NCBI GenBank assembly: GCA_964651815.1
Contig: CAZYWG010000001.1
Coordinates: forward strand, 129,189 to 193,188
Source: an uncultured Gammaproteobacteria bacterium
GTDB lineage: Bacteria; Patescibacteriota; Microgenomatia; Levybacterales; GWA1-39-11
Direction: 5' to 3'
Length of the DNA: 64,000 bases
In this document: piece by piece, positions 29,105 to 39,582 of the stretch
How the letters are laid out: each line of letters opens with the position of its first letter
Numbering within the stretch: the first letter of the stretch is position 1
Program-made: the position numbers and the translations under genes
The notes under the pieces: model-generated
Told to the model about the DNA's origin: nothing
Seen by the model: the letters and a program-made list of their open reading frames with translations, nothing else
The model's database searches: none

Positions 29105-31320
29105 TGGACTTTCAAAGCATATCTTCTCTTGCCTATTTTGTTTCTTTTCTTCTCCTTATAACTTGCCTTGGAATTCCAATTGTGTTTCTTCTTTTTAAAA
29201 AAAACGGGGATCATGGTTTTGCTTTTTCAAAGCTTTCTGTAATTCTTATTTTATCTTTCACTTCTTGGCTTATAGGATATATGGGAGAGGTATATATTTT
29301 TAAAACAATTTTGGCAGAATTTTTAATAATCGCAATTATTTCCTCGATTGTTTTTTTTAAAAATAAAAAAGACTTAATTAAAACTCTCAAATCTAGCAAA
29401 AAGATATTTATTTTTGAGGAACTTATTTTTTGGATTTTCTTCTTTTCTTTTATCTTAATTCGCGTAGGTAACCCAGACTTATGGCACCCTGTCATGGGTG
29501 GCGAAAAACCGATGGATTTTGCCTTCTTAAATGCAATGGTAAGAACAACTTCTCTTCCACCATTTGACCCATGGTTTGCAGGAAGTACTATCAATTATTA
29601 CTATTTTGGGCAATTTATAGGCGCGACAATTATTAAGCTATTAAATATTCCTTCTGCTATATTCTATAATCTTTTTCTTTCATACCTTTTTGCTCAAGCC
29701 GCGGTGGGCGCAGCATCAATTATTTTTTCATTCACGAAAAATAAGGCGTTTTCATTATTGGGAAGCTTCTTTCTTTTGGTATCAGGCAATTTAGCACAGA
29801 TTCCCGTAATCATTGGCTCATTCAAAACCGCTATTCCTATAAATGGGTGGTATTGGACAGCAACACGAATTATGCCAAATTTTGAAATAAATGAATTTCC
29901 ATTTTTTACATTTCTTTATGCAGATCTCCACTCTCACCTAATTGCGCTTCCCATAGATTTATTTTTAATTGCTCTTCTAACTGAATTTTATCAACTCTTG
30001 AAATCCCAGGAATTAATGCGAGCAACGTTTTTAGTAATTCTCGCATCAATTGTTCTTGGAATATTACGAATGACAAACATATGGGACTACCCTAGCTTTT
30101 TGCTATTTACTTTTTTAGTTATCTTTTTATCAATCTTACATTTTTCAAAAAAAAGCGTTTTTAAACGACTCTTAATAGCGGGTTTCTTATCCGCAATTTC
30201 AGTTGTAGTAAGTAATCTTTCTATTCTACCTTTTATTATTTTTTATAAAACCGGCCCTCTTGGCGCAACAATTTACACAGAGCACCCCACGCGAATATCT
30301 GATTATGTTTTAATTCATGGATTCTTTTTGTTTATATTAATTACTTTCTTTATTGTATTTATTAAATTTAAAAATATTTTTACTCTTTCCAAGATATATA
30401 GGCTCTTTTTGTTTATACCGTTGGCAATTTGCGTTATTTTACTCTCAAAAAGTTTGATCTTTCTAGCATTTATTTCTTTCCTAATTTCATTAACTTTTAT
30501 CACCTTTGTGATAAACAGAAATGACAAACTGGCACCTCCAGTAATTCTATTAATCTTTGCACTTTTCTTGACTTCAATTCCCGATATTATCGACATAAAA
30601 CTCGGTCTCGGAAGAATGAATACCGTTTTTAAATTCTATTTTCAAGGATGGATATTTTTTGCACTTGGATCATCGATTGCCTCATTTTTTATTTTCGAGA
30701 AGATTAAAAAACACTCAACCGTAAAAATCGTCGTAATGGTAATTTTCTTTGTATTATTTGGCGGAACGCTTTTGTATCCCGTGACAGCCACACCTGCAAA
30801 AATTAATGACAGAATGGGGCTAGATAGACGTCCCACTTTAAATGGCGAGCACTACATGAATAATTCCATTTACTACGACAAAGAGGAAAGTATCCCTCTC
30901 CGTTATGACATGTTTGCCATTGATTGGATTAAAAAAAATATAGAAGGAAAACCTGTAATTCTTGAGGCGTCTGTCCCTATTTATCGCTGGGGAAGCCGCA
31001 TCTCAATATATACAGGACTCCCTACTGTACTTGGTTGGGATTGGCACGAAATTGCGCATAGACAATATCTTCCGGCATCAGATATCCAAATCCGCACTGC
31101 TCAAATTCAACAAATATATGAATCAAATGATTTTGAAGCAACAAAAAAACTTTTGGTACTATATAATATTTCATATATTTATTTAGGTCAACTTGAGAAA
31201 GCGTATTACAATACGTCTGGTATTAGAAATATAATTGTTAAACATCCGGCATTTTTTGTGGAAGTTTACAAAAATCCACAAGTTACTATCTATAAGTTTT
31301 TGAATGGAAGATCTTATTAA
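29104..31320 (+). CDS. DUF2298 / Chlor_Arch_YYY membrane protein (probable GT-C fold)
   Basis: GEKPMD, PPFDPWFAG..INYYYFG, INEFP, DLHSH, TNIWD, NTVFKF, TGLPTVLGW. Confidence 0.85.
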   Translation: MDFQSISSLAYFVSFLLLITCLGIPIVFLLFKKNGDHGFAFSKLSVILILSFTSWLIGYMGEVYIFKTILAEFLIIAIISSIVFFKNKKDLIKTLKSSKKIFIFEELIFWIFFFSFILIRVGNPDLWHPVMGGEKPMDFAFLNAMVRTTSLPPFDPWFAGSTINYYYFGQFIGATIIKLLNIPSAIFYNLFLSYLFAQAAVGAASIIFSFTKNKAFSLLGSFFLLVSGNLAQIPVIIGSFKTAIPINGWYWTATRIMPNFEINEFPFFTFLYADLHSHLIALPIDLFLIALLTEFYQLLKSQELMRATFLVILASIVLGILRMTNIWDYPSFLLFTFLVIFLSILHFSKKSVFKRLLIAGFLSAISVVVSNLSILPFIIFYKTGPLGATIYTEHPTRISDYVLIHGFFLFILITFFIVFIKFKNIFTLSKIYRLFLFIPLAICVILLSKSLIFLAFISFLISLTFITFVINRNDKLAPPVILLIFALFLTSIPDIIDIKLGLGRMNTVFKFYFQGWIFFALGSSIASFFIFEKIKKHSTVKIVVMVIFFVLFGGTLLYPVTATPAKINDRMGLDRRPTLNGEHYMNNSIYYDKEESIPLRYDMFAIDWIKKNIEGKPVILEASVPIYRWGSRISIYTGLPTVLGWDWHEIAHRQYLPASDIQIRTAQIQQIYESNDFEATKKLLVLYNISYIYLGQLEKAYYNTSGIRNIIVKHPAFFVEVYKNPQVTIYKFLNGRSY

Positions 31321-32257
31321 AGCAAGAAAGAAAACTCGCAGAGGTTTTCAGGACGAAGATTGGCCAGATCATTACCTTGAAAAAGTGGCTTGTCCGCTGT
31401 GCAAAAGTGATTCCTATAAAAAACTCTACCCAGACTCTTACCGAAGGATCGTGAGGTGTAATAAGTGTCATCTGATATACACTAACCCGCGTCTTAAAAA
31501 AATCCATTTGAAACACCTTTATTCGCAGGAGTACTTCCAAAATACAAATTCTTCCCATTTTGGATACGAAAACTATTTGGATGATGAAGAAAAAATTGTT
31601 AAAACTTTCGCAAAAAGGATGTCTGCGATTGAAAGAGAGTTTGGCCGAGGGAAAAAGGGGAATATCTTAGACATTGGATGCGCAACCGGTTTTTTCTTAA
31701 AAGCAGCAAAAGACGCCGGCTGGCAAGTTGAAGGAGTCGAGATTTCAGAATTTGCTGCCAACTACGCTAAAAATCACTTTAAATTTAAGGTCTACTGTGA
31801 AGATTTTTTAGATATTAAAATTTCAGAAAAGTTTGATGTTATCACAATGTGGGACGTTATAGAACACTTCTATAATCCGCAAGCTGCAATTGAAAAAGCA
31901 AATAAACTTTTAAAACCCGGGGGCTTACTTGTTTTGTCAACGCCAGATGTTGCTTCACTACCGGCCAAAATAACCCGCCACAAATGGGTAGGTTACAAAC
32001 TTTCAGATGAACACTTAACTTATTTTTCTCCCAAAACTATGAAAATCTTCCTTGAAAATTCAGGGTTATCGATTGTGAGGAATGGACATGTTGGAAAACA
32101 CGTTTCACTTGATATGCTTCAGGACAGAGCATCAATTTATAGTCCTGCTTTGGGCCGCGCATTTTCTATTGCAAAACGATTTTTCCCTAAAAATTACTTT
32201 CTTTACATCAATCCATTTGACATAATGTGTGTATATGCAAAGAAAATTCTTTCATAA
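31304..32257 (+). CDS. Class I SAM-dependent methyltransferase with N-terminal Zn ribbon
   Basis: CPLC...CNKC, LDIGCATG, WDVIEH, LKPGG. Confidence 0.88.
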   Translation: MEDLIKARKKTRRGFQDEDWPDHYLEKVACPLCKSDSYKKLYPDSYRRIVRCNKCHLIYTNPRLKKIHLKHLYSQEYFQNTNSSHFGYENYLDDEEKIVKTFAKRMSAIEREFGRGKKGNILDIGCATGFFLKAAKDAGWQVEGVEISEFAANYAKNHFKFKVYCEDFLDIKISEKFDVITMWDVIEHFYNPQAAIEKANKLLKPGGLLVLSTPDVASLPAKITRHKWVGYKLSDEHLTYFSPKTMKIFLENSGLSIVRNGHVGKHVSLDMLQDRASIYSPALGRAFSIAKRFFPKNYFLYINPFDIMCVYAKKILS

Positions 32258-32285
32258 TTTCCAAGACACGCTTTCCACTTGATGA

Positions 32286-33989
32286 ATGAAATATAGAGAA
32301 AAAATTTTACTTGGATTAATATTGGCCGGGGCTTTTTTTTTGAGGTCGTACCACATTAATTGGGATCAGGGAACACATCTTCATCCCGATGAGCGTGCAA
32401 TTGTCATGAATACGCTCCCGCTTGCACTTCCCCAAAGCTTATCCCAATTTTTAAGCGTCGCGAGCCCACTTAACCCACACTTTTTCCCTTATGGAAACTT
32501 TCCGCTTTATCTTTTAAAGGCCATTTCAACATTTGCAGCAATATTTAACCATCACCTTGCTGAATATAATGGAATTGAACTTGTTGGTCGATTTATCTCC
32601 TCGCTTATTGATATACTCACGATTTTGTTAATCTTTAAAATGACAAGAATTCTGTTTGGAGAAAAGGCAGGATTTGCAGCAGCTATTATTTATGCACTTT
32701 CTGTTTTCCCAATACAAGCTTCTCATTTTTATGCAGTAGATATACTTTTAACTTTTTTTACAACCTTAACACTTTTCCGTCTTCTACTATTTCATACAAA
32801 ACCCAACATTCTTAATGCAGCATTTGTTGGCATATCTTTTGGACTTTCTCTAGTCACAAAAATAAGCGCTATTCCGCTATTTGCTGCCATAGTTGGAGCC
32901 ATTTCTATAGATTTTGTATTAATTCTTGTGAAAGCTCCACATAAATACAATGTTTGGCTTCCTCATGTTCCAATATTTTTAAAACGGCTGATTCGAGATC
33001 TTCTTTCGATTGGTTTTTTTACCACCCTTACTTTTGTCATTTTTCAACCGTATGCTCTGATTGATTCTAAAGAATTCATTTCTCAAAATTTGCTTCAATC
33101 TCAAATGAGCAATAATGCTTATATTTTCCCGTATACCCTACAGTATGTTGGAAAAATTCCATATTTTTACGAACTAAAGAATTTATTTTTATGGGGGCAA
33201 GGACCTGTAATATCATTATTGTGTCTTTTGGGTGTTTTATTTTTTGCATTGAATTACAAAAATTATCCAAAAGAAGCAAAGTCCAAGACTTTAATAATTC
33301 TATCGTTTTTACTAATTTATTTCTTAATTATTGGAAAATTCGCGGTGGGATGGATGAGATACATGTTACCACTTTATCCGCTACTTAGTATTTTTGGAGG
33401 AACTTTTTTACTTTTTTTAGTTGACAAATATTTTAAGCCTATAAAATTTAACTTTGTAAAAATTTCATTAGGTATCGCAATTTTATTGTTACTTTTAATT
33501 TGGCCAATTTCATTCATGTCGATTTATCAAAAAACAAACACCCGAGTAGCCGCAACAGATTGGATAAATAAAAACATTCCAACCGGTTCACCAATTGCCA
33601 TTGAACACTGGGATGACCAATTACCGCTGTACTCGTCAAATAACTATAATTTCATTATCCTAACGCTTTACGACCAACCCGACGACAAAACAAAATGGGC
33701 TATTATGTCCCAGAAAATAAAAGCCGCAAAATATATTATCATCGCGTCCAATAGGCTTTACATACCACTACAAAAACTTTCTGATTGTAAAAAGTTTAAA
33801 GAATGTTTCCCCTTAACCGCACAGTATTATAAAAATTTATTCTCCGGGAAGCTGGGATTCAAAAAAATTGCAGAATTTTCGTCTTATCCCACTATTCCAG
33901 TATTAAACTTGCAGATTAATGACCAAGGGGCAGACGAGTCATTTACAGTCATTGATCACCCGAAAGTGTATATTTTCAAAAAGGTGTAA
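32286..33989 (+). CDS. GT-C fold glycosyltransferase (GT39/PMT_2-like)
   Basis: HPDER, NPHFFPYG, GRFIS, IQASHF..VD, RYMLP, EHWDD, DESF..DHPKV. Confidence 0.82.
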   Translation: MKYREKILLGLILAGAFFLRSYHINWDQGTHLHPDERAIVMNTLPLALPQSLSQFLSVASPLNPHFFPYGNFPLYLLKAISTFAAIFNHHLAEYNGIELVGRFISSLIDILTILLIFKMTRILFGEKAGFAAAIIYALSVFPIQASHFYAVDILLTFFTTLTLFRLLLFHTKPNILNAAFVGISFGLSLVTKISAIPLFAAIVGAISIDFVLILVKAPHKYNVWLPHVPIFLKRLIRDLLSIGFFTTLTFVIFQPYALIDSKEFISQNLLQSQMSNNAYIFPYTLQYVGKIPYFYELKNLFLWGQGPVISLLCLLGVLFFALNYKNYPKEAKSKTLIILSFLLIYFLIIGKFAVGWMRYMLPLYPLLSIFGGTFLLFLVDKYFKPIKFNFVKISLGIAILLLLLIWPISFMSIYQKTNTRVAATDWINKNIPTGSPIAIEHWDDQLPLYSSNNYNFIILTLYDQPDDKTKWAIMSQKIKAAKYIIIASNRLYIPLQKLSDCKKFKECFPLTAQYYKNLFSGKLGFKKIAEFSSYPTIPVLNLQINDQGADESFTVIDHPKVYIFKKV

Positions 33990-34026
33990 TTGTAAAAAGA
34001 ATTTTTATTGTTTAAAATGTATTTTT

Positions 34027-35064
34027 ATGCAAACCGTTCTTATTACAGGTGGTGCCGGCTTTCTTGGAGTGCATTTATCCCGCTTCTTACTCGCAAAGGG
34101 TCTTAAAGTAATTTGCCTTGATATTGAAGAAATAACCGCGTCTGATATCAAAAAAAGAGTTTCATATGTTAACGTTGATATCAGAAATAAAAACGAGCTC
34201 ATCCGTGCATTTAAAAACGTAGACTTCATTGTTCATGCTGCTGCCGCTCTTCCCATAATTCATAGTAAAAACGAAATATTTAAAACAAATATTGACGGAA
34301 CAGAAAATGTACTTGACGCAGCATTTACAAACAAAGTAAAACGTTTAGTCTTTATTTCTAGCACTGCCGTTTATGGGGTCCCAAAACATTTACCCGAAAC
34401 TGAAGGAGATCTTATTAAACCAATAGGCTATTACGGTGAGTCAAAAGTGGCCGGCGAAAAATTATCCCTTTCTTATCAAAAAAAAGGTTTACAAGTAAAT
34501 ATTATTCGTCCCAAAACATTTTTAGGGCCAGAGAGGCTCGGGGTCTTTACCCTTTGGTTTGAAGCAATATATAAAAACAAACCAGTTTTCATTTTGGGGT
34601 CTGGAGATAATTTATATCAGCTCCTTGAAGTTAATGATTTATGCGATGCTATTTATAACGCGCTCACAATTAAAAAATCTGGGGAGGTTTTTAATGCCGG
34701 GGCGCAAGAATTTAGGACCTGGAGGGAGGATCTAGGTGCATTAATAAAACATGCAAAATCAAAATCAAAAATTGTAGGCTTCCCTGTTTTACCTTCACAA
34801 TTAGCACTTTCAGTTCTTGAAAAATTAAATCTTTCACCAATCGTTGCGTGGCATTATAAAACACTTCCAATTAATTCTTACGTAAGTATAGAAAAGGCAA
34901 AAAAGATTTTAAATTTTAAACCAAAAAAAGGGAACCAAGATATTTTAATTGAGAGTTATGATTGGTATGCTAAAAATAGGAAAAAATTTATTGGAAAAAC
35001 AGGAAACACCCATAGAACACTTTGGAATTTTAAATTGCTTGATATTTTTGACAAATTATCATGA
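34027..35064 (+). CDS. NAD-dependent epimerase/dehydratase (extended SDR)
   Basis: TGGAGFLG, SSTAVYG, YGESK; ATG 34027 preferred over 33919. Confidence 0.9.
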   Translation: MQTVLITGGAGFLGVHLSRFLLAKGLKVICLDIEEITASDIKKRVSYVNVDIRNKNELIRAFKNVDFIVHAAAALPIIHSKNEIFKTNIDGTENVLDAAFTNKVKRLVFISSTAVYGVPKHLPETEGDLIKPIGYYGESKVAGEKLSLSYQKKGLQVNIIRPKTFLGPERLGVFTLWFEAIYKNKPVFILGSGDNLYQLLEVNDLCDAIYNALTIKKSGEVFNAGAQEFRTWREDLGALIKHAKSKSKIVGFPVLPSQLALSVLEKLNLSPIVAWHYKTLPINSYVSIEKAKKILNFKPKKGNQDILIESYDWYAKNRKKFIGKTGNTHRTLWNFKLLDIFDKLS

Positions 35065-35615
35065 AGACAAAAATTGGGTTTGATTTTGACAAAATATTTG
35101 TATCATATCCTCCAATTATTCCGGGCTTTTTAATTGAATATTTATATAAGAAGAAAAACCATAATCTTTCTTATAGAATCCCTGGTAAGGTAGAGCAAAA
35201 GATAAGGGTTCTCTCTCATACACCAATTTTTCGTCGTCCTATAAAATCTAACATTGATGCACTTAAAAAAATTTTTGATTCAAAGGAATTTAAAATATAC
35301 TTAATTTCAAGCAGGTTTTCATTTTTAAAAAAAAGGACAGATGACTGGAACCATAAACACAAACTCTCCAGTTTTTTTGAAAACATGTACTTTAACTTTG
35401 ATGATAAACAACCGCATATTTTTAAAAAAACAATCATTAAAAAGGAAGGTATTCAAAAGTTTGTGGATGATGATCTTGATCTTTTGCGATATCTTGCTAA
35501 AGAAAACGAGGACGTACAATTTTATTGGCTGAGTGATAATCATCATTTGACAAAATTACCGGAAAATATCAAAAAAATTAAAAATTTGGAAGAATTTAGA
35601 ATTAAATATTTATGA
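35061..35615 (+). CDS. HAD-superfamily phosphatase-like protein
   Basis: GFDFD (motif I), ISSR (motif II), K, FVDD (motif IV). Confidence 0.65.
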   Translation: MKTKIGFDFDKIFVSYPPIIPGFLIEYLYKKKNHNLSYRIPGKVEQKIRVLSHTPIFRRPIKSNIDALKKIFDSKEFKIYLISSRFSFLKKRTDDWNHKHKLSSFFENMYFNFDDKQPHIFKKTIIKKEGIQKFVDDDLDLLRYLAKENEDVQFYWLSDNHHLTKLPENIKKIKNLEEFRIKYL

Positions 35616-37762
35616 TCACACAAGATTTTCTGTATGTTCTCCAGTGGTGGATTCCCTTTTTTATATTGGGAATAGTTTTTTTCCCGTTAACATCTCTTGT
35701 ATTTGAAAACTTTTTGGATAAAGGTTATATTTTTTCAAGAGTAATTGCTATTGGTATAATCTCCTATGTTGTTTTTGTAATTAACGAACTTCACCTCCTA
35801 AAATTTAATACTCCTACGATTCTATTTGTTGTCTTTCTTTTTCTTATTGTTAATATTTTGATTTTTCATAAAACTAAATCCATTAACTTCAAAAAAATAA
35901 ATTACAAAATCATTATTTTTGAAGAGCTTTTATTTTTAGTAGGAATTATTATTTGGTCTTATGTCAGAGCACATGAACCAAGTATTAATGGACTTGAAAA
36001 GTTTATGGACTTTGGATTTCTGAATTCTATTTTAAGATCTGATTATATGCCACCAACTGATATGTGGTTTACACCGCTACCAATAAATTATTACTATTTT
36101 GGTCACCTAAGCACTGCCGTTATTACCAAACTCTCTTTTTTACCATCATTTTTAACATTTAATCTAATGATAGCAACTCTGTTTTCTTTTACATTTAGTC
36201 TTTCTTTCTCTCTTGCTTCAAACTTAATTTCTAAAGCTATTTCTGTTAAAAAAGGAATTTTTGGAGGATTTATTACGGCAATTCTTTTAACTTTTGGAGG
36301 TAACCTTCACATGATTTATGCATTATTTAAACCGTATGATGTAACCAACCCTGTCCCCTTTTGGAAACTTTCATTTTCCCCGCTTACTTTCCCAAATAGC
36401 TATTGGTATCCAAATGCAACGCGTTTTATTCCCTACACTATCCATGAATTCCCAATTTATTCATTTGTTGTATCCGATCTTCACGGGCATGTAATTGACA
36501 TAATGTACGTGCTCTTATCAATTACTTTAATCTACGCCCTTTTTATTAAAAAGGGGATTGATAAGGTGACACTCGTTTTAATATCTTTTTTCCTTGCAAT
36601 AATGTACATGACAAATGCGTGGGATGGTGGAATTTATTTAATGCTAGTGTGCATAATACTATTCATCAAAAATTGGCACTATATAAAAATCCGTAAAGGT
36701 CAAAAAATCTTATCAATTCTTAACCATCTTGAATTATCTAATATTAAAGTTTTTTTAACAAAACTTTTTAAACCTGCTATTAGCACTTTTATTTTATTTG
36801 TTATTTTTTCACTCCCGTTTAACATCTATTTTCAGACAGGGGCGATAGTACATGGTATTGGAGTTGTCTGCGCGCCAAGTTTTCTGACTAATATTGGTCA
36901 CTTGGGCCCGTTCTTATTTGAAGCGTCACATTGCCAAAAATCCACATGGTGGGAACTCTTAACTCTTTACGGATTTTTCTACTTTTTTGTTTTATCGTTT
37001 TTGATTTTTATATCCCGGAGCAAAAAATTGAATTTGCTAACTGAAGACTTCTTTATTTTAGCGTTAATTCTAATTTCAACTCTATTGATAATTATTCCAG
37101 AATTTTTCTATCTTAAAGATATTTATCCTGCTCATTATCGTGCAAATACCATGTTTAAACTTGTTTACCAAGCATTTATGATGCTCTCGATTGTTTCGGT
37201 TTACGTTTTAGTCAGAATTTTGAATAAAACAAAAAATATTTTCTTTTACATCATGAGTGCAATTTTAATCATCCCAATTCTTATCTATCCTTATTTTGCA
37301 ATTAGGTCATATTATGGAGATTTTAAGAACTATACTGGAATTAATGGTTCGCTTTATCTTAAAACACGCTACCCGGATGATTACTCTGCAATAAACTGGA
37401 TAAATACCAACATTCAGGGCCGACCGGTGATGGTAGAAGCACAAGGCGATTCTTACACGGATTACGAAAGGATTTCAGCAAATACAGGCCTTCCAACAAT
37501 TCTTGGCTGGACAGTCCATGAATGGCTTTGGCGTGGGACGTATGATATTCCAGCACCGCGAATTCAAGAAGTCAAAGATGTTTATGAAAATCCGGATGTT
37601 AATAAAACACGACAGATATTAAAAAAATACAATGTGCAGTATGTTTATATAGGAACACTTGAGCATCAAAAATATGTAAATTTAAAAGAGGACAAATTTG
37701 ATAAACTTGGTAAAGTGGTTTTCCAGCAAGGACAAACAACAATCATTAAACTATCTATTTAA
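35612..37762 (+). CDS. Second DUF2298 / Chlor_Arch_YYY membrane protein
   Basis: LEKFMD, INYYYFG, IHEFP, DLHGH, TNAWD, NTMFK, TGLPTILGW. Confidence 0.85.
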   Translation: MITQDFLYVLQWWIPFFILGIVFFPLTSLVFENFLDKGYIFSRVIAIGIISYVVFVINELHLLKFNTPTILFVVFLFLIVNILIFHKTKSINFKKINYKIIIFEELLFLVGIIIWSYVRAHEPSINGLEKFMDFGFLNSILRSDYMPPTDMWFTPLPINYYYFGHLSTAVITKLSFLPSFLTFNLMIATLFSFTFSLSFSLASNLISKAISVKKGIFGGFITAILLTFGGNLHMIYALFKPYDVTNPVPFWKLSFSPLTFPNSYWYPNATRFIPYTIHEFPIYSFVVSDLHGHVIDIMYVLLSITLIYALFIKKGIDKVTLVLISFFLAIMYMTNAWDGGIYLMLVCIILFIKNWHYIKIRKGQKILSILNHLELSNIKVFLTKLFKPAISTFILFVIFSLPFNIYFQTGAIVHGIGVVCAPSFLTNIGHLGPFLFEASHCQKSTWWELLTLYGFFYFFVLSFLIFISRSKKLNLLTEDFFILALILISTLLIIIPEFFYLKDIYPAHYRANTMFKLVYQAFMMLSIVSVYVLVRILNKTKNIFFYIMSAILIIPILIYPYFAIRSYYGDFKNYTGINGSLYLKTRYPDDYSAINWINTNIQGRPVMVEAQGDSYTDYERISANTGLPTILGWTVHEWLWRGTYDIPAPRIQEVKDVYENPDVNKTRQILKKYNVQYVYIGTLEHQKYVNLKEDKFDKLGKVVFQQGQTTIIKLSI

Positions 37763-38870
37763 CGCCATTTGTGGGCGTCTCCCCAACTTTTGTTATCCCT
37801 TCCTTTCCAACTGTACAAACACTACCTTCTGTAATACATGCCACATAATCATGTATTTCCGAAAAGTCATTTTCGCCTACGCGTGGTGAAAGAATAAACT
37901 GAAATTGCTTATCTGATGTTGGGACGGGTTGTGATAAAAGTCCAAATGTACCCTGATAAACGTTGCCTGAATCAATCACATAACTTTGTGTTTTTGCATT
38001 TTGCATTTTGCGTGCGAGATTTATAAAATCATCATATTCATTAGCTTGAATATCAGTATCAATATTACTTTTTAATATATTAAAAATTCCAAATATTTTG
38101 ACGGGATTAAGAATAATCCCTAAGGATAAAACTTTTTCTTTAACTGCTGAAATTACTTCTTGTTGACGCTTGCTCCTTGCAAAATCAGATCCTTCTTCAC
38201 CTACTCCGTGACGCGACCGAGAAAATTCTAGTGCTAAATTTCCATCCATATGTTGAAGCCCAGCATTTACATGCAGGTGAACATAACGGCATGGGAAATA
38301 TGTCCAAATATCCTGTTCTGCTGACGCGGTTGCCGTAAAATCTTTAATATCTTGATCAGAATGATCACAAGTATCCGCTTCTTTTCCTTCAACTGGATAA
38401 TTATAATCATCAAGAGTATGAGAGACATTCACATCAACACCTCCCAAATAATCAATCAATTTAACAAAACCCGAAAAATCAATAACAACAACGTAGTCAA
38501 TTGGAACTCCGGCTACTTTCTCAACAACTGCTTTGGCATAAAGCTTTCCCTGATTATTTTGTTTCTGTCCAAGCGCGTAGGCTAAATTAATTTTACCCTT
38601 TATATCATCAACCCACAGATCTCGTGGAATGGAAATTAGACCCGCAGAGTCTTTTGAAGGATTTACCATTGCAAGAATAATGGTGTCTGTTAAATCAGGG
38701 CCGTCATGTGTTCCACCACCTCGACCTAGTATTAAAATATTTATATTACCGCTTTTTTCTTCTTTTAATTGAAGCTTTTGGTTAAGAACAAATTTATAAA
38801 TTAAGTAAGACGCGGCAATCAAAAATATTGCTAGAATAATAATTATAAAAGGGTTATTTTTTTTAAGCAT
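37755..38870 (-). CDS. LCP (LytR-CpsA-Psr) family glycopolymer ligase
   Basis: NILILG, TDTIIL, SIPRD, RSRH, SDFARSKRQQ; ATG 38870 overlaps the tpiA stop. Confidence 0.92.
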   Translation of the reverse strand: MLKKNNPFIIIILAIFLIAASYLIYKFVLNQKLQLKEEKSGNINILILGRGGGTHDGPDLTDTIILAMVNPSKDSAGLISIPRDLWVDDIKGKINLAYALGQKQNNQGKLYAKAVVEKVAGVPIDYVVVIDFSGFVKLIDYLGGVDVNVSHTLDDYNYPVEGKEADTCDHSDQDIKDFTATASAEQDIWTYFPCRYVHLHVNAGLQHMDGNLALEFSRSRHGVGEEGSDFARSKRQQEVISAVKEKVLSLGIILNPVKIFGIFNILKSNIDTDIQANEYDDFINLARKMQNAKTQSYVIDSGNVYQGTFGLLSQPVPTSDKQFQFILSPRVGENDFSEIHDYVACITEGSVCTVGKEGITKVGETPTNGVK

Positions 38871-39531
38871 TTTTAACAATTGAGGCAAAACTTTCGGGGT
38901 CGCGGCTTGATCTACCAACAAGGACTCCTGATATATTTTCCATTGCAGTAAATTTTCCTACGTTCTCTGGATTTACACTTCCGCCATATAAAACGAGTTG
39001 AAGATCCGGGTATTTACCTTTTACTGTTTTTGCAACCATTTCAGCATTTTCAGGAGTGTCAGGCTTGTCAGAACCTATTGCAAATGGAGGCTCGTAAGCC
39101 ACTACAGAAACGCCTTGAGGAATGGGTGTGTTTTCATCTTGAATACAAAAAATTGGAATTAAACCTGCATTAATCGCGGTCGCTACCTTTTTTGAAAGCA
39201 TTTCATCATTTTCTCCAAAATTCTTTCTCCGCTCAGAATGCCCAATAATTGCGTATTTCACAAACTCCGCTGCTTGATGTGCCGACACTTCACCTGTATA
39301 TTCTCCGTCTTCAAAAGGCGCAACGTCCTGCACGCCAAGTGCAATTGGCAAACTATTTGCTCTAATATATTTTGCCGCGTCAGGAACAGAAAGAAAAGGT
39401 GGACAAATCACAATTTTATTGTTTGACTGACTTAAAGATTCAAGAAGCGCTCCTATTTTTTCAAAATAACTTGTGGCTTCGACTGAAGTCATTTGCATTT
39501 TCCAATTACCAACAGTTAATAACTCTTTCAT
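38863..39531 (-). CDS. tpiA: Triosephosphate isomerase (short form)
   Basis: GNWKM, GHSERR, AYEP, YGGSV, GVLVG. Confidence 0.93.
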   Translation of the reverse strand: MKELLTVGNWKMQMTSVEATSYFEKIGALLESLSQSNNKIVICPPFLSVPDAAKYIRANSLPIALGVQDVAPFEDGEYTGEVSAHQAAEFVKYAIIGHSERRKNFGENDEMLSKKVATAINAGLIPIFCIQDENTPIPQGVSVVAYEPPFAIGSDKPDTPENAEMVAKTVKGKYPDLQLVLYGGSVNPENVGKFTAMENISGVLVGRSSRDPESFASIVKNA

Positions 39532-39582
39532 ATGATACAATTTAAGGTGACTTCTCCAATTTTCATACTATTATAACAGCAT

